This document shows, piece after piece, positions 58,496 to 64,000 of a DNA stretch of 64,000 bases. This DNA is from a virus: positions 69,234 through 133,233 of the IMG/VR virus record IMGVR_UViG_3300042319_001830; one strand, written 5' to 3'. The position numbers and the translations under genes were made by a program. Below the pieces are notes generated by a model. It was not told the origin of the DNA and made no database searches. It was given only the letters and a program-made list of their open reading frames with translations. The first letter of the stretch is position 1. Each line of letters starts with the position of its first letter.

Positions 58496-61400
58496 ATGCC
58501 ATTACTAAAAATATTACCATCTTTAATATCCCAAGGATCTTTTACAGGATCTTTCAGTGGTACAGGCAGTTATGCTCGTAGAGCACTAACCGCAAGTTAT
58601 GTATTGGGTGGTGCAGCTGGTTCGCCAGGTACAAGTGGTACAAGTGGTGCAAATGGCACTAGTGGAACAAGTGGTGCAAATGGAACAAGTGGTACTAGTG
58701 GAACAAGTGCTACTGCGGGTAGTAGCGGTACAAGCGGCGTGGGTTCTCCAGGCACAAGTGGCACAGCAGGATCCAGTGGTACAAGTAGCACCGCAACGGT
58801 GCAAACAGGCAGTATTGCTAAACAAACCATATTATACAATGTAATCTCAGGCAGCCAAAATACTATTACCGGCTTAAATTTAAGCGGTAACAAGTGGGGC
58901 GTAGACATCAAGGAAGAATGGGACGCTGTAATTGTAGCGGGTGATACTTATTACAATAGTTGTAGTTTGTTATTACATTGTGATGGTGCAAATGGAAGCA
59001 CCACATTCACTGATAATAGCCCATCACCAAAAACCGTAACATCAAATAATGGTGCGGCTATAAGCACTGCGCAAAGTAAATTTGGTGGGGCAAGTGCATT
59101 ATTTGACGGTACAGATGATTATTTAAATACACCGAGCAGTGCTGACTTTGATTTTGGAACTGGGGATTTTACGGTTGAATTTTGGGTTAATCCATCATCG
59201 TTAGGCGGCAGTGCTGCACTTGTCGGTACTAGAACAAACGATACATCTACAACAATTAGATGGTGTATTCTTGCTACAACAGATGCTGGTATAAATGTTT
59301 TGGGATGTGATATTTGGTCTACATCAGATGCGAGAATTGCACTGTTTAACCATCAATCACAAATTCCAACTGGACAATGGACACATTGTGCTTTAGTTCG
59401 TTACGGTACATCGTTTAAACTTTATCAAAACGGAGTTCAATCAACCAGTGGTGCAACAACATCAGCGCCAGTTGCAAATAGTAGTACTGTTGTAAATATT
59501 GGTTCTTTTATTAGTTCTGGTGTTTTAAAACTTAACGGTTATATTGATGAATTAAGAATAACCAAAGGTGTAGCTAGATATACTGGCAATTTTACACCAC
59601 AAACATCAGCATTTCCAAATAATGTCGGTTTAACACAATATGCGACTAAGTATGTAGGTTTAATCGGCGGGTTAAATGATAGAAGTGTGGATTATGGTGT
59701 GCAAAAGTTGAGTGACAGTTCGCTTAAAGTGGTGAAGATGACACAAACCACATCGCCGTTTCCAAGTGGATCATTGAGCAGCAGTGTTGATAGGGTATAT
59801 GTTAATGTGCTTGATTATACTAAAGTAAGTGTGACTAGCAGTTATGCTACAAATGCTTTGACTGCGAGTTATGTGATGGGCGGTGCAGCTGGATCAAGTG
59901 GTACGAGCGGTGCAAATGGAACAAGTGGTAGTAGCGGTAGTAGTGGTAGTAGCGGAAGTAGTGGTACTTCAGGTTCATCAGGCAATAGTGGAACATCTGG
60001 AACAAGTGCTACTGCTGGTAGCAGTGGTACAAGTGGAGTTGGATCTCCAGGCACAAGTGGTAGTAGTGGTGCTTCTGGAACTGCTGGTAGCAGTGGATCA
60101 AGTGGTAATAGTGGTACAAGCGGTAGTAGTGGTGCTACAGGCACCAGTGGTACAAGTGGCACTGGATCGCCAGGTTCTAGTGGCACCAGTGGAACAAGTA
60201 GCACACCGGCTTTATCATTGGGTCAAACTTATATTGGAAATGGTAGCACTACCAATTATGCTTTATCACAAAGTGTAGCTAATCGTGATCAAATATTGGT
60301 AAATGTAGACGGTGTATTGCAAGGAAGAAGTGGTAATTATTATACTGTAAGTGGTACCACTTTAACTTTAAGTTCCCCACCACAAAATGGTAGCATCATT
60401 GATATACGTTATATTAACGGCGGAAGTGGAATCGTCACAACAGGCAGTATTGCTAAACAAACCATACTATACAACGTAATCTCAGGTAGTCAAAACACTA
60501 TTACCGGCTTAAATTTAAGCGGTAACAAGTGGGGCATAGATATCAAGGAGGAATGGGACGCTGTAATTGTAGCGGGTGATCAATATTATAATAGCTGTAG
60601 CTTGTTACTACATTGTGATGGAAGCAACGGAAGCACCACATTCACCGATAATAGCCCATCGCCAAAAACAGTTACTGCTACAAATGGCGCTGCAATTAGT
60701 ACTGTGCAAAGTAAATTTGGTGGGGCAAGTGCATTATTTGATGGAACAAATGATTATTTATCTACAAATTCAACAGCGGCATTTACATTTGGCACAGGTG
60801 ATTTTACTATTGAACTATGGATATATCAAACAGTATCATCTGTTGGTGCATATAAAGTGTTGGTAGGCGATAATGTTTATGGATCGGTTGGTGGGTGGCA
60901 ATTATATAGTTATAATAATCAATTGAATTTATGGAAAACTGGAACAGAATTGATTGCACCTTCAGGAACATTAACATTAAATAGTTGGAATCATATAGTA
61001 TGGACTAGATCGTCAGGAAATAATAGAATTTTTATTAATGGGACGCAAGTCGGGACAACTGTAAGTGACAGTACAAATTATATATTAACCGCAATTTATA
61101 TTGGGGCAGCCAAAGATGGATATGGTTATTATGCTGGTTATATAGATGAACTTCGTATAACCAAAGGTGTTGCAAGATATACTGGTAATTTTACACCACA
61201 AACATCAGCATTTCCAAATAGTATTGGTGTTACGCAATATGCGACTAAGTATGTTGGTTTGATTGGTGGTTTAAATGATAGAAGTGTGGATTATGGTGTG
61301 CAGAAATTGAGTGACAGTTCGCTTAAAGTGGTGAAGATGACACAAACCACATCGCCGTTTCCAAGTGGATCATTGAGCAGCAGTGTGGATAGAGTGTATG

Positions 61401-61531
61401 TGAATGTATTGGATTATAGCAAAGTAAGTGTGACTAGTAGTTATGCGACTAGAACTTTGACTGCTAGTTATGCTTTAAATTCAAGTGGGGGTGGAACTGG
61501 TGAATCGTTTCATCCATTTTTGTTGGCGTAA
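58496..61531 (+). CDS. Fibre protein with two LamG cassettes
   Basis: Same cassette flanks; ends in GESFHPFLLA. Confidence 0.8.
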   Translation: MPLLKILPSLISQGSFTGSFSGTGSYARRALTASYVLGGAAGSPGTSGTSGANGTSGTSGANGTSGTSGTSATAGSSGTSGVGSPGTSGTAGSSGTSSTATVQTGSIAKQTILYNVISGSQNTITGLNLSGNKWGVDIKEEWDAVIVAGDTYYNSCSLLLHCDGANGSTTFTDNSPSPKTVTSNNGAAISTAQSKFGGASALFDGTDDYLNTPSSADFDFGTGDFTVEFWVNPSSLGGSAALVGTRTNDTSTTIRWCILATTDAGINVLGCDIWSTSDARIALFNHQSQIPTGQWTHCALVRYGTSFKLYQNGVQSTSGATTSAPVANSSTVVNIGSFISSGVLKLNGYIDELRITKGVARYTGNFTPQTSAFPNNVGLTQYATKYVGLIGGLNDRSVDYGVQKLSDSSLKVVKMTQTTSPFPSGSLSSSVDRVYVNVLDYTKVSVTSSYATNALTASYVMGGAAGSSGTSGANGTSGSSGSSGSSGSSGTSGSSGNSGTSGTSATAGSSGTSGVGSPGTSGSSGASGTAGSSGSSGNSGTSGSSGATGTSGTSGTGSPGSSGTSGTSSTPALSLGQTYIGNGSTTNYALSQSVANRDQILVNVDGVLQGRSGNYYTVSGTTLTLSSPPQNGSIIDIRYINGGSGIVTTGSIAKQTILYNVISGSQNTITGLNLSGNKWGIDIKEEWDAVIVAGDQYYNSCSLLLHCDGSNGSTTFTDNSPSPKTVTATNGAAISTVQSKFGGASALFDGTNDYLSTNSTAAFTFGTGDFTIELWIYQTVSSVGAYKVLVGDNVYGSVGGWQLYSYNNQLNLWKTGTELIAPSGTLTLNSWNHIVWTRSSGNNRIFINGTQVGTTVSDSTNYILTAIYIGAAKDGYGYYAGYIDELRITKGVARYTGNFTPQTSAFPNSIGVTQYATKYVGLIGGLNDRSVDYGVQKLSDSSLKVVKMTQTTSPFPSGSLSSSVDRVYVNVLDYSKVSVTSSYATRTLTASYALNSSGGGTGESFHPFLLA

Positions 61532-61559
61532 AACAAAGTGTAAAAAATATATATAGAAT

Positions 61560-61889
61560 ATGGCAACAGTTTATAAAATTCTAGGACAAGTTAATCCAGC
61601 TTTAACATCGAGTGTTGATTTGTATACGGTGCCGGTGGGTAAGTCCACAGTATGTTCGACTTTAAATATAGCTAATTTGTCTACGAATAATGGTACATTT
61701 AGATTGTCTGTAGTTCCATCTGGTTCAACGTTGCAAGCTAAAAATTATTTGGCATACAATACAGTTATACCTGCCAATGACAGTATTTCTTTAACTATAG
61801 GTATGACGTTGGGACAATATGATAAAGTGAAAGTATATGCTTCATCTATAAGTCAATCATTTAATCTATTCGGTACAGAAATAAGTTAA
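61560..61889 (+). CDS. Small beta-sandwich virion protein
   Basis: YKILGQ..P......LYTVP.....STL.IAN ... GMTL...D ... FNLFG.EI. Confidence 0.65.
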   Translation: MATVYKILGQVNPALTSSVDLYTVPVGKSTVCSTLNIANLSTNNGTFRLSVVPSGSTLQAKNYLAYNTVIPANDSISLTIGMTLGQYDKVKVYASSISQSFNLFGTEIS

Positions 61890-61890
61890 T

Positions 61891-62817
61891 ATGGATACTA
61901 AAACATTAAGCACATCAAGATATAATTCAACAAATACTGCGATATCAATTGTTGTTGAATATTTAGTCGTTGCTGGTGGTGGCGGCGGCGGTGGCGGATC
62001 GATTGCAGGAGGTTATACCGGCGGTGGCGGTGGCGGTGCCGGCGGTATGCTTACAGGTAGTGGTTTAACATTATCTGTGAATACACCGTATACTGTTACA
62101 GTTGGTGCTGGAGGTAATGCCGGCGGAACGAATGCTTCCGGATTAAATGGTAGCAATTCAGTGTTTCATACTAATACTGCTATAGGCGGTGGTGGGGGTG
62201 CTATAGGCGGTGGTGGTGTGATAGGGTCAAGTGGCGGATCAGGTGGTGGTTCAGGATATCGTACTACAAGTGCCGGCGCCGGCACTGCGGGTCAAGGTAA
62301 CAACGGCAATAGTGCTAATTGTAGTGGTTGTGAAAATGGATCGGGTGGTGGCGGTGGAGCCGGTGCAGTTGGCGGAGCCGGTGGAGTAGGTACCTACCAA
62401 GGTGGAAATGGTGGCATAGGATTACAATCCAGTATTACTGGGTCCGCAACATACTATGCGGGTGGCGGCGCTGCAGGCGGTTTAGGAGTAGGAGCAACTG
62501 TTGCTATTGGAGGTACCGGCGGCTTAGGCGGCGGTGGTGACGGCGGCGGAAAAAATAGTGTTTATACCGCACCGGGCGGTAATGCTACTACGGGCGCAGC
62601 TAATAAAGGAGGCGGTGGTGGTGGTGGTGCGAGAAACGAGTCCCCCAATACACCAGCAGCAGGTGCGTCGGGTGGATCAGGAATAGTTATTATAAAAATA
62701 TCAAATTTAAGAACTGCATCATTTAGTGTCGGTTTAACAAGTTTATTGTCAACATCCGTATCAGGATATAAAATATATATCATAACAGCAGGCACAGGAA
62801 CAGTAACATTTACATAA
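61891..62817 (+). CDS. Glycine-rich domain protein (adhesin-like)
   Basis: EYLVVAGGGGGG...YYAGGG...GGSGIVII. Confidence 0.75.
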   Translation: MDTKTLSTSRYNSTNTAISIVVEYLVVAGGGGGGGGSIAGGYTGGGGGGAGGMLTGSGLTLSVNTPYTVTVGAGGNAGGTNASGLNGSNSVFHTNTAIGGGGGAIGGGGVIGSSGGSGGGSGYRTTSAGAGTAGQGNNGNSANCSGCENGSGGGGGAGAVGGAGGVGTYQGGNGGIGLQSSITGSATYYAGGGAAGGLGVGATVAIGGTGGLGGGGDGGGKNSVYTAPGGNATTGAANKGGGGGGGARNESPNTPAAGASGGSGIVIIKISNLRTASFSVGLTSLLSTSVSGYKIYIITAGTGTVTFT

Positions 62818-62832
62818 TAAAAAATAAATAAT

Positions 62833-63201
62833 ATGGCACATTACGCATTTTTAAATGAAAACTATATAGTTACAGAAGTTATTGTTGGTAAAGACGAAAG
62901 TAATTTTGACTGGGAAAGATATTATGGGGATATTCGTGGACAATTATGTAAACGCACTAGTTACAATACAATAGGTGGCGTACATAAAAATGGAGGAATT
63001 TCTTTTCGTAAAAATTACGCTGGTTTAGGATTTACTTACGATCCAATTAGAGACGCGTTTATAGCACCCAAACCATATCCGAGTTGGATATTAAACGAAG
63101 GAAGTTGTATATGGGAAGCTCCTGTTTCATATCCAAATGACAATCAATTGTATAGTTGGGATGAAACTACAAAATCTTGGGTATTATCAACAAATAAATA
63201 A
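62833..63201 (+). CDS. Small partner of glycine-rich adhesin
   Basis: MAHYAFL...RTSYNT...FRKNYAG...PKPYPSW. Confidence 0.7.
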   Translation: MAHYAFLNENYIVTEVIVGKDESNFDWERYYGDIRGQLCKRTSYNTIGGVHKNGGISFRKNYAGLGFTYDPIRDAFIAPKPYPSWILNEGSCIWEAPVSYPNDNQLYSWDETTKSWVLSTNK

Positions 63202-63208
63202 CTAATTT

Positions 63209-64000
63209 ATGCCATTGCTTAAAATACGACCATATCTAATAAACTCAGGTTCATTCACAGGATCCTTTAGTGGTACAGGCAGTTATGCTCGTAGAGCACT
63301 AACAGCGAGTTATGTATTGGGAGGCGCAGCTGGTTCATCAGGCACAAGTGGTGTAAGTGGAACAAGTGGATCTAGCGGTGCTTCTGGCACATCAGGAAGT
63401 AGTGGACAAAGTGGTACTAGCGGATCAAGTGGTACTGCTGGCAGTAGCGGTACAAGTGGATCTAACGGATCAAGTGGTACTGCTGGCAGTAGCGGTACAA
63501 GTGGAACAAGCGGTGCAACTGGTGCACCGGGGTCAAGTGGTACCAGTGGAGCAGGTGCAGCAGGCACACAAGGTACTAGTGGATCAAGTGGTGTAAGTGG
63601 TACCGCAACGGTGCAAACAGGCAGTATTGCGAAACAAACGCTTTGGACCAATGTAACTTCAGGCAGCACAAACACCATAACTGGACTAAGTTTAAGTAGC
63701 AACAAGTGGGATGTAAGTGTGGTGGAAGAATGGGATGCTGCGACATTGGATCAATATTATAACAGTTCTAGCTTATTGTGCCACTTTGATAGTTTGAATG
63801 CAGCAGGTAGATTTATTGATAATAGCAGAAATAATTTCGCCATTACTTCAAGTGGAGATGTTAGTTTAAGTACTTCACAATATAAATTTGGAGGAGCAAG
63901 TGCATATTTTGATGGAACAGGTGATTATTTAGTTACACCCACCACATCGGTGCTTACATTTGGTACAAATGATTTAACAGTTGAACTATGGATATATCAA
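63209..64000 (+). CDS. Fibre protein with LamG cassette (3' partial, absent from ORF track)
   Basis: [35 protein letters not shown]..., open to the window end. Confidence 0.8.
   Translation, partial: MPLLKIRPYLINSGSFTGSFSGTGSYARRALTASYVLGGAAGSSGTSGVSGTSGSSGASGTSGSSGQSGTSGSSGTAGSSGTSGSNGSSGTAGSSGTSGTSGATGAPGSSGTSGAGAAGTQGTSGSSGVSGTATVQTGSIAKQTLWTNVTSGSTNTITGLSLSSNKWDVSVVEEWDAATLDQYYNSSSLLCHFDSLNAAGRFIDNSRNNFAITSSGDVSLSTSQYKFGGASAYFDGTGDYLVTPTTSVLTFGTNDLTVELWIYQ

Larger units (their letters stand above)
40156..63605 (+). repeat. Dispersed 9-nt-period coding repeats (Ser-Gly-Thr/Ser linkers)
   Basis: Runs of AGTGGTACA / TCAAGTGGA variants in most fibre genes, e.g. 40156-40620, 43240-43450, 55400-55660, 59880-60200, 63330-63605. 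Confidence 0.9.

Noticed and set aside
40144-63705. Many alternative-frame and antisense ORFs (VVQVDQ-, PLDPLVP- and HLIHL-rich)
   Set aside because: They are shadows of the 9-nt Ser-Gly-Thr coding repeats, which lack stops in other frames.

Overview
AT-rich segment of a large (jumbo-type) tailed phage genome, read in the standard genetic code. No rRNA or core cellular operons are present. It has six blocks. (1) 1-3.2 kb: glycosyltransferase and methyltransferase cluster. (2) 3.2-7.5 kb: modular acidic/basic proteins with L-x-E junctions, probably capsid-internal, one ending in a GH24 lysozyme. (3) 7.5-23 kb: auxiliary metabolic and DNA genes (IscU, gmd, SF2 helicase, HNH, GIY-YIG, ClpP, nuclease, rmlA/rmlB/epimerase-reductase). 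(4) 23-28 kb: small early genes behind near-consensus sigma70 promoters, including a SpoU RNA methylase. (5) 27.9-31.2 kb: stable-RNA operon with 11 tRNA or tRNA-like genes, many non-canonical (D-armless Arg-UCU, Gly-ACC, long-arm Ile-UAU, four CAU species). It also holds three candidate structured ncRNAs, triplicated promoters, boxA-like motifs and two homing endonucleases. (6) 36.5-64 kb: array of modular tail-fibre/adhesin genes built from Gly/Ser/Thr linkers, interchangeable LamG cassettes, Kelch-like propellers and glycine-rich domains. All family assignments come from motif recognition by eye; no database searches or folding software were run.
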